Of a DNA stretch of 64,000 nucleotides, positions 9,927-19,685 are shown piece by piece. The notes below the pieces were generated by a model. The model was not told where the DNA came from, made no database searches, and saw only the letters and a list, made by a program, of their open reading frames with translations. The stretch's first letter is position 1. Each line of letters starts with the position of its first letter. A program made the position numbers and the translations under genes. This DNA is from an uncultured Lachnospiraceae bacterium (GTDB lineage Bacteria > Bacillota > Clostridia > Lachnospirales > Lachnospiraceae), in NCBI GenBank assembly GCA_964507745.1, contig CAZDRM010000001.1:1999-65998 (forward strand), written 5' to 3'.

Positions 9927-10919
9927 TTAATCCCACCAGCATTCCAATGCAGCAGGCGTTTCATAATCATTTGGATATATATCCAACCCACTTATTTCTA
10001 TAATTTCTTCATCAACAGAACCATTATATATTATGCCAAACTCTACAGATGTAGCTAATGACGAAAAAGAAATGGTGTACGTTATCTTATCAGATTCAAT
10101 ATCAGCCTCTTCTCTAATTACTTTAACATCTGAATTTTCGACGTTAATATATATATTGTCATCTGTCAGTTTATCAAAGTTCTGTCCATGAACCACAATA
10201 GTATAATTCCCTTTTTCCATGGTGGTGTATGGGCCAAACTGAACATATCCGCCATGTAATTTCATAGGCTCATTTCCCGCATCAGGATCTGTTGTTGCCA
10301 AAGATGTCGAGCTAAATGATCGATATGGGACTATACCATCTTGCACATATGCTATAAAATCATCATATGAACTTGACCTTTCAAAAATAAATATCGGCTC
10401 TATATCTAATTTCTCCCTTAATCCTTCCGCCAAACCATCTGTTACTATACAAAATTCTCCACAACCATACAAAAAATCTCTTCCTAATTTTTCTATACTT
10501 CCAGGAATATATATGTACTCCAATGCTGCACAGTTCAAAACTGCTCCATTTCTCACGCAACCCACATTATCTCCCAGCCTTAGAGTTTCCAAGTATTTAT
10601 AACCGTTAATACAGTTATATCCTATCTCCGTTATTTCATTACCAATAATCAGATTTACAACATCAGACGACAACAATCCATTTGCCGCCAGCAAAGCGTT
10701 CAGGTCAATGTTTTCCAGTTTTCCCTCTCCTCCAATATAAATTACATCATTTTCTCTTTCCTCAATATATAAACTTTCATTTTCCAAAGAAACAACTGTA
10801 TCAGTTTCATCTCCTATCATGTTTTCTGTCACATATCCCGCTAAACATATAATTACCAGAAGAATCCCTAAAATACCTATAAATATTCTTTTGTCGCTTT
10901 CTCTTGTCATGTCAATCAA
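9927..10919 (-). CDS. Membrane-anchored protein with BspA/LRR_5-like repeats and a C-terminal beta-sandwich-like domain
   Basis: N-terminal TM; IGNEITEIG, LGDNVGCV, IPGSIEKLG repeats; QFGPYTTMEKGNY. Confidence 0.65.
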   Translation of the reverse strand: MIDMTRESDKRIFIGILGILLVIICLAGYVTENMIGDETDTVVSLENESLYIEERENDVIYIGGEGKLENIDLNALLAANGLLSSDVVNLIIGNEITEIGYNCINGYKYLETLRLGDNVGCVRNGAVLNCAALEYIYIPGSIEKLGRDFLYGCGEFCIVTDGLAEGLREKLDIEPIFIFERSSSYDDFIAYVQDGIVPYRSFSSTSLATTDPDAGNEPMKLHGGYVQFGPYTTMEKGNYTIVVHGQNFDKLTDDNIYINVENSDVKVIREEADIESDKITYTISFSSLATSVEFGIIYNGSVDEEIIEISGLDIYPNDYETPAALECWWD

Positions 10920-11586
10920 CGACTCCCTCCTGTATCAAAAGAGACACATCATGAAAATTACCAAGTGCCTTTATTTCCTTGATCAGACCGCTTTGCTCTT
11001 TAAGTCCCCGAATCTCAATAATCAAGTTTACCTCTTCATTATGAATGCTTTCCGTTCGGATGTTCCAATATTTTGTGTTTGCATTCAATATGTCTTTCAA
11101 ATCGTTTTCGTCATATGGATAACTTCCATCTAAGACAAGTATCTTGTTGCGTGGCAATCCCGGTATTTCATCCGTTAATAAAACCACGATACCTGTAATA
11201 AAAGTAAGTGCCACTGCAATATAATACAAACCTGCCCCGGAGATTATCCCCACTGATATTGCCCAGAACAGAAATACCAAATCTAACGGATTTTTAATTG
11301 CCGTACGGAATCTGACTATAGAAAGAGCGCCAACCATTCCCAAAGACACAACTATACTTGACTGAATCGTAAGAATTACAGCTGTTGTAATTACCGCCAG
11401 TGCAATCAGTGATACAGCAAATTCCTTCGAGAAAAAGTACTTTCTTGCCTTAAAATAGTAAACTGCGCAGATAACTGCAGATATTATTACACAGACCAAC
11501 ATTGATATTACTGCATATTGAAAAGTAATGTCCGTGTTTGCATAGGAACTCAAAAAACCCTTCTTAAAAATATCACTAAATGTCAT
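10912..11586 (-). CDS. DUF4956-family membrane protein
   Basis: SLGMVGALSIVRFRTAIKNP signature, several TM helices, small soluble C-terminal domain. Confidence 0.9.
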   Translation of the reverse strand: MTFSDIFKKGFLSSYANTDITFQYAVISMLVCVIISAVICAVYYFKARKYFFSKEFAVSLIALAVITTAVILTIQSSIVVSLGMVGALSIVRFRTAIKNPLDLVFLFWAISVGIISGAGLYYIAVALTFITGIVVLLTDEIPGLPRNKILVLDGSYPYDENDLKDILNANTKYWNIRTESIHNEEVNLIIEIRGLKEQSGLIKEIKALGNFHDVSLLIQEGVVD

Positions 11587-12285
11587 TTATAATAGTCTCC
11601 CTTCCAAAGCTTTACAACCAAGATAAAATTTTGAAAATGCGCTTTGCTGCATATGCCCATTTTCAATCAGTTGATATATGACATCCGGCAGAAAATCATC
11701 ATATTTTACTTCCAGCACATGATACCCAGTAGGAAGTACAGAAACTCTCGGTATTTGTTTATCGAATATATTCAACCATTTCCTGGACGCAGAGATATTG
11801 CGGTCAAATGTAACACGAACATTTCCTAAAGAATATACATATGGCTTCCTGACATATTCCCCAAGCAAAGTTGGTTTCAACAAACAACTATTTCTTGCCA
11901 GAATCCATTCGTCAAGAAGATAATTTCTGCCCATACACTCTAAAAGCTTTTCCCCCCTGAGCATCTTCATGCATGTATCATAATCCAGAATATACCCCTG
12001 CTTTCCCGTCATATCTCTTATCTTCATCTTTTTTTCAAGAGTTATTCTCTTTTCAGAACAGTTATATATCCTAATTCGAAACTTTTCCCTTGGAGCAACC
12101 CCGTTTTCATTTTCATAGAAACAGCTATGTCGGTAATCATCAAAATATACACTTCTGATAACATACTCCCCTGTATCTCCTGCATAAGGATCCGGCCTCA
12201 TAAGGTTCTGAAGTCTCTTCTCAACAAGCTTCAATTCTGTATCTCCACATACATACTTTATTTCATGCCTGTATTTCTCATTCAC
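11587..12285 (-). CDS. VTC (polyphosphate polymerase-like, CYTH/TTM fold) domain protein
   Basis: RHEIKY, SVYFDD, KFRIRIY, LEKK, RVTFDRNI, VLEVKY, FSKF. Confidence 0.9.
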   Translation of the reverse strand: MNEKYRHEIKYVCGDTELKLVEKRLQNLMRPDPYAGDTGEYVIRSVYFDDYRHSCFYENENGVAPREKFRIRIYNCSEKRITLEKKMKIRDMTGKQGYILDYDTCMKMLRGEKLLECMGRNYLLDEWILARNSCLLKPTLLGEYVRKPYVYSLGNVRVTFDRNISASRKWLNIFDKQIPRVSVLPTGYHVLEVKYDDFLPDVIYQLIENGHMQQSAFSKFYLGCKALEGRLL

Positions 12286-13973
12286 TGCCCTTTTCTCCCA
12301 TAAGTATCCTTTATGTATTCATATCTCAAAGCAAAAAATTCCCTAACCTCTTCACATCCACTGTAAAATTGGTTAATGCTCTTGTTTTCCCCGTAAAATC
12401 GTTCATACTCATTTTGCATTGGCATGGCCATATCTGCCTCAAATTCATCAATTAAAGGGTTGACCCTTTCAGGATTAAAATTATTGTCTGCCAAATAAAC
12501 CAAGCGTTCCTCAAGAGCAGTTTCAAATCCTTCATTATCAAGGAGGCTTGCGAAAACCGGATCATTATGCATAGCCCAAGATATACCGTCCCATTCCACT
12601 TCTGTTTTAGCAAGGCTTAAGTTTACATCATACAGAATCCATCTCCATCTGCCATCAGAGTATCCGCCTGGAGAAATGGTTTTGGTCCTCCATAAAGCAG
12701 CATTAGTACTAGGCCAGTCTATATTTGCAATATAAATCTCTGTTGCATAATAATCAATATAACTATCCATATCTATCATCTGCAAAACAATTTCATAATT
12801 ATCTGAATCTGCCATATCATTATCTGCTATATACTCAGTCATTGCAGTGTATAAATCCCTATCCGTGCTATTTCCCAACTCAATCGCACCTCGTGATTTA
12901 ATCATAACAACATCATTACCAATCACGTCATAATTTTTTTCAAAATACATTTTAGAGTATTTCTCGTTTAAGAAATATGTCCCCCAGTATTCCCCATTCA
13001 GAAATAACTCATATGGAATATAACTGCGGGTAGAAAACGCCAAATCCGACGTAAGCCGGTTAACCAGATAATCCTTCATTTTTACCTGAGAATCTTGGGC
13101 TCCGGCAAATAAATTTAGGCTGTCCACATCATAACCAAATCCCAGTTTTACCCCATCCAATTCAGATCGGTCATATGCATCAGTTTCATAAATATTTAAA
13201 TTTCTTGGCAGCCATCCCCTGCTTCCACCACCTTGTATAGAAATCTCATACGTTCCGGACAAAATAAGTTCCTGTTCTAAATTCCAAAAAGCAATATCCG
13301 CCGCCCTTTTCCACGAATCTCCGCGTTGCCGATAATTTGCCTCTGCCCAAGTTGCCCAAGTTGTCCAATTATCAAATCGATCATAGGTTTGTAACTCTAA
13401 AAAATTATCAAATGCTTTTCCGGCAACATATATTCCCGTTTCATAATCAAATAAATTAACCGGATCCGTCACGATGGAAATAACATTTATATTATCATAT
13501 CTATCCTTTTCCTCAAATCCAACAAAATATACTCCGGTAATAATATCACTGCAATTTCCTTTTTCGTCAATGCAAACGGCTCTGACCACATTGGCTTTGT
13601 CAACTAATGCAATAGGCACAGAATATACGTTGTCCTCTTTGACCAACCCCATTTCTTTTAGTCTTTCATCAAGGAATAATGAAACATCAGTAATTTTACT
13701 ATATACATTGTCATTCAAACTTGCATCACTAATCAGTATCGGTCCTGTATAGACCAGCGAATTTTCGTCCGGGTCACTTGAGTCCAAAGTATAATAAATC
13801 GACCCTTCAAAACCATTTATTTCCAAGTAAAAATCGTCCTCATAAAATCCTGATTCTTTTGAAAACTCAATTTCTCGTTCATTGGTAAAATCTACACACG
13901 CCACAACAAACAATAAAATGAGCGCTCCTATACCCATCAGACATTTTATGATTCTTATTTTTTCATAATTCAT
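12282..13973 (-). CDS. Membrane-anchored CotH-family atypical kinase with an Fn3-associated domain
   Basis: N-terminal TM, IYYTLDSSDP, LFLNGEYWGTYFLNEK, NIDWPSTN, DGRWRWILYD. Confidence 0.88.
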   Translation of the reverse strand: MNYEKIRIIKCLMGIGALILLFVVACVDFTNEREIEFSKESGFYEDDFYLEINGFEGSIYYTLDSSDPDENSLVYTGPILISDASLNDNVYSKITDVSLFLDERLKEMGLVKEDNVYSVPIALVDKANVVRAVCIDEKGNCSDIITGVYFVGFEEKDRYDNINVISIVTDPVNLFDYETGIYVAGKAFDNFLELQTYDRFDNWTTWATWAEANYRQRGDSWKRAADIAFWNLEQELILSGTYEISIQGGGSRGWLPRNLNIYETDAYDRSELDGVKLGFGYDVDSLNLFAGAQDSQVKMKDYLVNRLTSDLAFSTRSYIPYELFLNGEYWGTYFLNEKYSKMYFEKNYDVIGNDVVMIKSRGAIELGNSTDRDLYTAMTEYIADNDMADSDNYEIVLQMIDMDSYIDYYATEIYIANIDWPSTNAALWRTKTISPGGYSDGRWRWILYDVNLSLAKTEVEWDGISWAMHNDPVFASLLDNEGFETALEERLVYLADNNFNPERVNPLIDEFEADMAMPMQNEYERFYGENKSINQFYSGCEEVREFFALRYEYIKDTYGRKGQ

Positions 13974-14032
13974 CTGTCTTTATCCTCAACATATAATACC
14001 TAAATATATCCGCAAGGCACAATCCCCTTTTA

Positions 14033-14061
14033 CTTGTATCACTTTTCCTATTCAATGTCAA
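14033..14061 (-). promoter_or_regulatory. Possible promoter of the CotH-VTC-DUF4956 operon
   Basis: TTGACA-17 bp-TACAAG with upstream TG. Confidence 0.4.
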
Positions 14062-14184
14062 CAATTTCTTTATTCATACAAATTTCAAGAAATATGAAAG
14101 ATAAATATAAACTTATAATATGAGGGATTAATAATTTATACACTCTATACCATGTATATTTTGCACAAATTTTTATAGTTTCCC

Positions 14185-14328
14185 CTATACAGCATTCCGC
14201 ACAAAACTCCGGATATTATTACAAAAAGTAAGCGCAAAGCCCCTGCCTAATGCAACATTCAAATGCCCTAGCACAATCATGCATATTGCTATTCTTTTCA
14301 AGGCATTAAATGCACCATTTCTCTTCAT
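14185..14328 (-). pseudogene. Truncated acyltransferase-3 (OafA-like) N-terminus
   Basis: MKRNGAFNALKRIAICMIVLGH resembles the AT3 first helix (K/R..A....H); stops after 47 codons. Confidence 0.6.
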
Positions 14329-14330
14329 AA

Positions 14331-14747
14331 TTACCCCTTCCTTTGTATAACAATTCTTTCTATTTGCATTTCCCCCACTCCGTTGTAAAAAGTCCGTATT
14401 TCCCAACTATTTGTACCTTCTTCAACATTCAACAGCACTTCTCTAACTACAGATGTTTCATCCAATTCCCATACGTCATACAAAATGGCATTTCCATTAT
14501 TATCATAATATGCCACATCTGCATAATTTCCCGCATCACTTACCTTATAATAGATACAGACCTTCCATGTTCCCGGCGTTAAGTTCATTGCAGCTCCCGA
14601 TGTCACGCATCCCTCTCCGGTTGCATAAACAGTCTTCTCCTCTATGCTTCCATTATTTATTGTGAAATCTCCGGGTAAAATTTCATATTTCACATATTTA
14701 ATAGAGATATAAAACAAGCCAATCATAATTATCGTTAAACCGGCCAT
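14331..14747 (-). CDS. TM plus extracellular beta-rich domain; probably the frameshifted C-terminus of the upstream acyltransferase
   Basis: Overlaps 14698..15759 by 50 bp; in frame with it if G7 (14755-14761) loses one G. Confidence 0.6.
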   Translation of the reverse strand: MAGLTIIMIGLFYISIKYVKYEILPGDFTINNGSIEEKTVYATGEGCVTSGAAMNLTPGTWKVCIYYKVSDAGNYADVAYYDNNGNAILYDVWELDETSVVREVLLNVEEGTNSWEIRTFYNGVGEMQIERIVIQRKG

Positions 14748-15759
14748 TTTTAAGCCCCCCCGTTTTTAATACGAGTCTGCCTATAAATTTTCTAAAATTC
14801 CCCCAGATTATCAGTATTGTGATAATAAGTAACAGAAATCCCAGATTGCTCATTAAAAATGTAATCCCCTGTATGTCAAAATTGTACAGTAAATGTTCCA
14901 AAGCCAACGCTCCCAGATAGGTATCCAAGGATGCATTGGAGCACCACTTGATAAAACGATAATTTCTTTTTATATCAACATCATATAAAAGTCCAAAAAC
15001 TGATATACTAATCAGGACCGTTCCAATTCTTCCATACTTAATCACGCTGCCGGAACTTACAATCTCTCCCAGATACATAGTAAAGTAAAGCACAGTAGTA
15101 CTCATGACCGTAATACATAAAAGAAATGCCAATTGTTTTTTATTCAGGCCGACACCATATTCGGCAATCCACTTACCTGCAAAATAGTATAATAGAATAT
15201 ACATCATCCCAGCAAATCTGGTCAAAAAGATTTCAACATTCCATAAAGCGCTTATGCTCTGCGGCAACGCAGTGGTCAAAAATAAAAGGATAAGCAGATG
15301 TTTCTTTTTATCCTTTTCCAGCATCTTCCATAATCTATTAAAAAACGGCATAAACAGCAATAATAGAATGTAATACCGCACATACCATTCTCTATAAATA
15401 ATATTATCTATTTTGAATAAATTACCAATAACCGCCTTTTCTGAGTAAACAGATTTGTATTTATACATTGTAACCCAGATTAAAAGCAGCGCATAAAACA
15501 CATACGTATTAAATGCAGAGTATGCTCCTTTATAATTTTTCCCTATTTCAGTAGACGCAGACAAAAAGCCGGTTATAATAAAGAAAATCGGCACGCAGGT
15601 AACTGCAATTTGCATAAGAAACATTATTAAGAAATTGTACAGCTTATTGTCCTGCACCGATTCGAAATATCCCGACCATCCTATGTAGTGCAATATGAAA
15701 ACCAACAACATTGCAAACAATTTGCAAAGATCGATTCCCTTTTTCCTTTGCATAAGCAC
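14698..15759 (-). CDS. Acyltransferase-3 family O-acyltransferase
   Basis: IDLCKLFAMLLVFILH, CVPIFFIITGF, WYVRYY, about 10 TM helices. Confidence 0.88.
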   Translation of the reverse strand: MLMQRKKGIDLCKLFAMLLVFILHYIGWSGYFESVQDNKLYNFLIMFLMQIAVTCVPIFFIITGFLSASTEIGKNYKGAYSAFNTYVFYALLLIWVTMYKYKSVYSEKAVIGNLFKIDNIIYREWYVRYYILLLLFMPFFNRLWKMLEKDKKKHLLILLFLTTALPQSISALWNVEIFLTRFAGMMYILLYYFAGKWIAEYGVGLNKKQLAFLLCITVMSTTVLYFTMYLGEIVSSGSVIKYGRIGTVLISISVFGLLYDVDIKRNYRFIKWCSNASLDTYLGALALEHLLYNFDIQGITFLMSNLGFLLLIITILIIWGNFRKFIGRLVLKTGGLKNGRFNDNYDWLVLYLY

Positions 15760-15769
15760 TTATCTCCTG

Positions 15770-16711
15770 TTACAGTTTTTCGATAGAAGAAACCAAATAT
15801 TTCTGCTTTTTAAATACCAGTTTCAACAAAACATCTAGATACTTGATAATGATTGAAAACAAAAGAAAAACAGCAAAAAAACCGACAGATATCAGCCCCA
15901 TTAAAGGAGCCCATCCTTCAACCGGTTTATTTTGCCCAAAATATGCCACAACCGTATAAATTGCTGTTCCAAACATAAATAGCAACATTAAAAATGTGCA
16001 GGTTACTGCTACCTTATAAGCAAGGTTTGTGAAGAGAATCAATGCGTCCACTGCCTTATTGTTCTTTTCAACGTCCTGATATATTCCCCCTTTAGATATC
16101 ACATCAGGCAAAACATCATAATCCAAATGTGCTATTTTCAAACCGCTGGATGTATACACCGCTTTCCGGTACGGAATCGTCTTGCTATAAGCGGAAACAC
16201 GATTGACTGCTCTCCGAGAAATAATTGAAAATCTCTCTGTACACAATTCATAATTACTGTCTGAAAAGCGATTATACATTTGATAGAAAATTCTGGATGT
16301 TAAACGACTTGATTTCTTAGGAGGAATTGCACTGACAATATCATAGCCCTCCAGAGACTTAAAATACACATCCATGATTAAAGACTTATCATAGTCCATA
16401 TAACAGGAGTCAAATTCAAAGACAAAATCCCCGATTGACAAATCTATCCCCGCATTCATGGCAGCCTCGAGGCCATGGGAAAATCCCATATTAATAATCG
16501 TGATATTCAAATCAGGAAACTTTTCATCTGTGGTGCGCAAAGTTTCCAGTGCATCCTGGGAAATTCCATCATTAACGCATATAATTTCACTTCGTTTAAA
16601 ATTATCCTGTAGCAAATTTGCCAGCATTTCAAAAAAGGGGACCGCATTTTTTTCATTTTTGTGCAGATAAACCACTGCGGAAATAAAATTGTTTTCTTTA
16701 TTACTTATCAT
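15770..16711 (-). CDS. GtrB-like GT2 protein with degenerate catalytic motifs
   Basis: CVNDG, two C-terminal TMs, GW motif; FEFDSCYMD replaces the canonical MDADLQD. Confidence 0.75.
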   Translation of the reverse strand: MISNKENNFISAVVYLHKNEKNAVPFFEMLANLLQDNFKRSEIICVNDGISQDALETLRTTDEKFPDLNITIINMGFSHGLEAAMNAGIDLSIGDFVFEFDSCYMDYDKSLIMDVYFKSLEGYDIVSAIPPKKSSRLTSRIFYQMYNRFSDSNYELCTERFSIISRRAVNRVSAYSKTIPYRKAVYTSSGLKIAHLDYDVLPDVISKGGIYQDVEKNNKAVDALILFTNLAYKVAVTCTFLMLLFMFGTAIYTVVAYFGQNKPVEGWAPLMGLISVGFFAVFLLFSIIIKYLDVLLKLVFKKQKYLVSSIEKL

Positions 16712-17855
16712 TTAACAACACCTCATCCAAATCATAAACTGTATTTATTTTTCCGGATAACACACTGACAAATCTTGGAGATGATGAAAACTCCTTGATT
16801 ACAGTAGGCCGAGAATCATCTATTTCAGAGGCCTTTAGTATAGGCTTCATAGAAAAAAGTGACTCCACATACTCAAATTTCAATTCATCCTTTAAATATT
16901 TTCTGGCAAGACTTGACATATAATCCCACGCTGTATGTGGTTTGGCATCACAATCATTACAGTTCCCAAGCTGCGCAGAGGAACACCATTCCTTTCCTCC
17001 TTTACAGCGTTTCTGACATTCAAAAGCCGGGAAATCTTCATGACTTGTTATGTGCGGAGTAAATGTTACCGCCGTTAAGGAATGGTACCCTGTCTTTCCA
17101 AATGGCATAATTGAGAAAAAAGGACCGTCCATTACAGTAATTCCCACATTCTCTAATTCCTTGCTAACTTTGCATAAAATAATTTCACACAATTCATATT
17201 TAATCTTAAATGGCTCAAAACCAGCCTTTGCATTAACCTGATTTACCGAAGCATACGTAGTATTCAAGACAAAGCTGCTTTCATATTTTTCCCCATCTGC
17301 CATCGTTACAATATAATCTGCCCCGTTATTTACTATGGTATCGATACGTGCCCCATAAACCATTTTAATTTGTGGATATTCCTCAATTTCTTTTAATATT
17401 TTCCGGCATAACATTTTCGCATCATAAGTATATTCTTTAGTTAAGAAAGCACCGTCACATTTTCCCTGTTTAAAATACGTTTCTGTCGTTATCTCGTCGC
17501 AGCGTATATTTGCCGCCCGGCAAAATTTTTTAAACTGCTCCGCATTTGTCCATGAAAAGTCAGCAGAAGTTGCATAGACTTTATCAAAATCTGATAAAAT
17601 GCAATCCCCATAGTCCTCATTAAACCGCTCAAAATAATAAGCGGATTTTATTGCCGTGGAATAAGAACGGGGATAATGATATCCCTGATGTACCCTGGCC
17701 TGATTAATATATGTTGCTCTTTTAAACGGCTCATTATCCCACTCTAAAACAATGACCTCCTGTCCATGTTTTCCACATAGCAACGCAGAATATAAACCAT
17801 ACAAACCACTGCCGACAATAATTTTATCGTACCTCATGCCATTTACCTCGTACAA
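16701..17855 (-). CDS. FAD-dependent oxidoreductase
   Basis: IVGSGLYG, NQARVHQGYHYPRS, TVMDGPFFS, SGKINT. Confidence 0.85.
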   Translation of the reverse strand: MYEVNGMRYDKIIVGSGLYGLYSALLCGKHGQEVIVLEWDNEPFKRATYINQARVHQGYHYPRSYSTAIKSAYYFERFNEDYGDCILSDFDKVYATSADFSWTNAEQFKKFCRAANIRCDEITTETYFKQGKCDGAFLTKEYTYDAKMLCRKILKEIEEYPQIKMVYGARIDTIVNNGADYIVTMADGEKYESSFVLNTTYASVNQVNAKAGFEPFKIKYELCEIILCKVSKELENVGITVMDGPFFSIMPFGKTGYHSLTAVTFTPHITSHEDFPAFECQKRCKGGKEWCSSAQLGNCNDCDAKPHTAWDYMSSLARKYLKDELKFEYVESLFSMKPILKASEIDDSRPTVIKEFSSSPRFVSVLSGKINTVYDLDEVLLNDK

Positions 17856-18642
17856 AGTTGCTTAATTTTACACATAATGCCTGAACCTTTAAAATATCGT
17901 TTAAATTACCCATTTCAACAGATACAAAATTATGATATTCCGCTTCCTCTAACATCCGACATAATTCTTTTTGCATTTCATCAAGCATAACCGGCTTTAA
18001 CCCCGGCTCGCTGATATGAACATGATTAATAAGGGGCAGGTATTTTTTTACATCAGAAATATTTTCCCCATTGTAAATCACTGTTCCTAAATCGTAATTT
18101 AACATAAATGCCGGTTTATCCACTGCCCTGATTAACTTTACAGCCTCTTCTGTTTTATTAACAAAATTCGTATTATAAATCGGCGGATTGGCCTCCATTG
18201 CCAGATTGGTATGATTAATCCGGGCCAATTCTGCTAGGTTCCCGAAAAATTCAACTGCCACCCTCTGAACATCTACATTGTATTCTTCAAAAACATTCCT
18301 GTTTTTAGGACAGCCGAATACAAGATTTTTACATCCAAGCGCATCTGCAAATTCAAATGCCCTCTTGGTATAATCAATCAATTTACTTCTTTCCTCTTTT
18401 TCCCCAAAAACGCGCTCAGAGCATCCATACCAAATTGACTGCATAGAAGCAATCTGAAGTCCAAACTTCTCCTCCAAACATTTCCTGAACTCTTTCGCCT
18501 CTTTAATATGAGAATACGGATTTTCTTTCCAGATTCTGGTTGGCGCTATCTCAAGTCCGTCAAAATTATTTTTTTCCAAAAAGGCATACATTTCCTCATC
18601 ATATTCCGCATTCCATGCAATATTTGATATTGATAATTTCAT
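17824..18642 (-). CDS. Sugar phosphate isomerase/epimerase (xylose-isomerase-like TIM barrel)
   Basis: SISNIAW, GLEIAP, LVFGCPKNR, MEAN, DLG, HVHISEP, SVEM. Confidence 0.85.
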   Translation of the reverse strand: MKLSISNIAWNAEYDEEMYAFLEKNNFDGLEIAPTRIWKENPYSHIKEAKEFRKCLEEKFGLQIASMQSIWYGCSERVFGEKEERSKLIDYTKRAFEFADALGCKNLVFGCPKNRNVFEEYNVDVQRVAVEFFGNLAELARINHTNLAMEANPPIYNTNFVNKTEEAVKLIRAVDKPAFMLNYDLGTVIYNGENISDVKKYLPLINHVHISEPGLKPVMLDEMQKELCRMLEEAEYHNFVSVEMGNLNDILKVQALCVKLSNFVRGKWHEVR

Positions 18643-18656
18643 ATTCTTCTCCTGTT

Positions 18657-19595
18657 TTACAGTTTTTCCAACTCACTCCATACTTCCTCAGATATTTCCG
18701 TTCCCAGTCCCCCTATTGTATCAATCAACTGCTGAGGGCGACTGGCACCAAGTACCGGATAGATTTCTTTTCTGATTCCCCATTGAATTGCGGCATCTGT
18801 AGGACAAATTCCATATTTCTCACACACATCCAGAAAACCGTCAATTCTTTCTTTATTTTGATTATAAAAATTCATTGTTTTATCGTAGTTTAAAGCCTTA
18901 CTTTTTGCGACTCTTGAATCTGCCGGGATTCCATTCCGGTATTTTCCGGTTAAAAGTCCCTGGCAAAGAGGCGAAAAGCCCAGCATTCCTACCTTGTTTT
19001 CATTACAAAAGTCCCTTACACCATTTGTCTCTGTTTTCCGAACTGCAAAAGAATAAATACACTGCTCCAGTACAGGTTTTTCCATTCCCAGCTTTTCACA
19101 GACAGCGTGACATTCCTGCAACGCTTCCTTCGGCCATTCTGATGTGGCCCAATATCTGATTCTACCTGTTCCAATCAAATAATTGAAAGTTCTTACCACC
19201 TCTTCCATAGAAGTTTCCGGGTCGTAACGATGGGCATAATAAATGTCAACATACTCCATTCCCATTCTTTTCATGGATTCATCAAATGCCCATAAAATGT
19301 GCTTTCTGGATAGTCCCTTATGATACGGTGTATCTCCTACGGGCCACGAGCCTTTTGTTGATACTACATATTCCTCTCTTGGATAATCCTGTAAAACCTT
19401 TCCCACAATTTTTTCTGCATTTCCCATACCATAATTATTGGATACGTCAAAAGAACGAATGCCTAAATTCCATGCAGTATCTATCAGTTCTTTCGCAAAC
19501 CCTGTATCCATGCTTTCCGTCCCGATGGTCAAGGCTGAGCCAAAGGTTATCTCTGTCAATTTTAATCCCGAATTTCCCATACGATAATAATTCAC
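18657..19595 (-). CDS. Aldo/keto reductase
   Basis: GNSGLK, FDVSNNYG (D...Y), VSTK, DIYYAHRYD, SPLCQGLLTGKY. Confidence 0.92.
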   Translation of the reverse strand: MNYYRMGNSGLKLTEITFGSALTIGTESMDTGFAKELIDTAWNLGIRSFDVSNNYGMGNAEKIVGKVLQDYPREEYVVSTKGSWPVGDTPYHKGLSRKHILWAFDESMKRMGMEYVDIYYAHRYDPETSMEEVVRTFNYLIGTGRIRYWATSEWPKEALQECHAVCEKLGMEKPVLEQCIYSFAVRKTETNGVRDFCNENKVGMLGFSPLCQGLLTGKYRNGIPADSRVAKSKALNYDKTMNFYNQNKERIDGFLDVCEKYGICPTDAAIQWGIRKEIYPVLGASRPQQLIDTIGGLGTEISEEVWSELEKL

Positions 19596-19685
19596 TTTTT
19601 AATCTCCTTCATTCAATCATTTTTTAAAAGTTTTGAATTCCCCAACAATATACCGGTATCTCCACTAATAAATAAACAGTTGATA

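Noticed and set aside
12282-13973. Spore coat protein cotH orthologue
   Set aside because: TM anchor, Fn3-associated domain and VTC/DUF4956 context differ from spore coat loci; family-level call only
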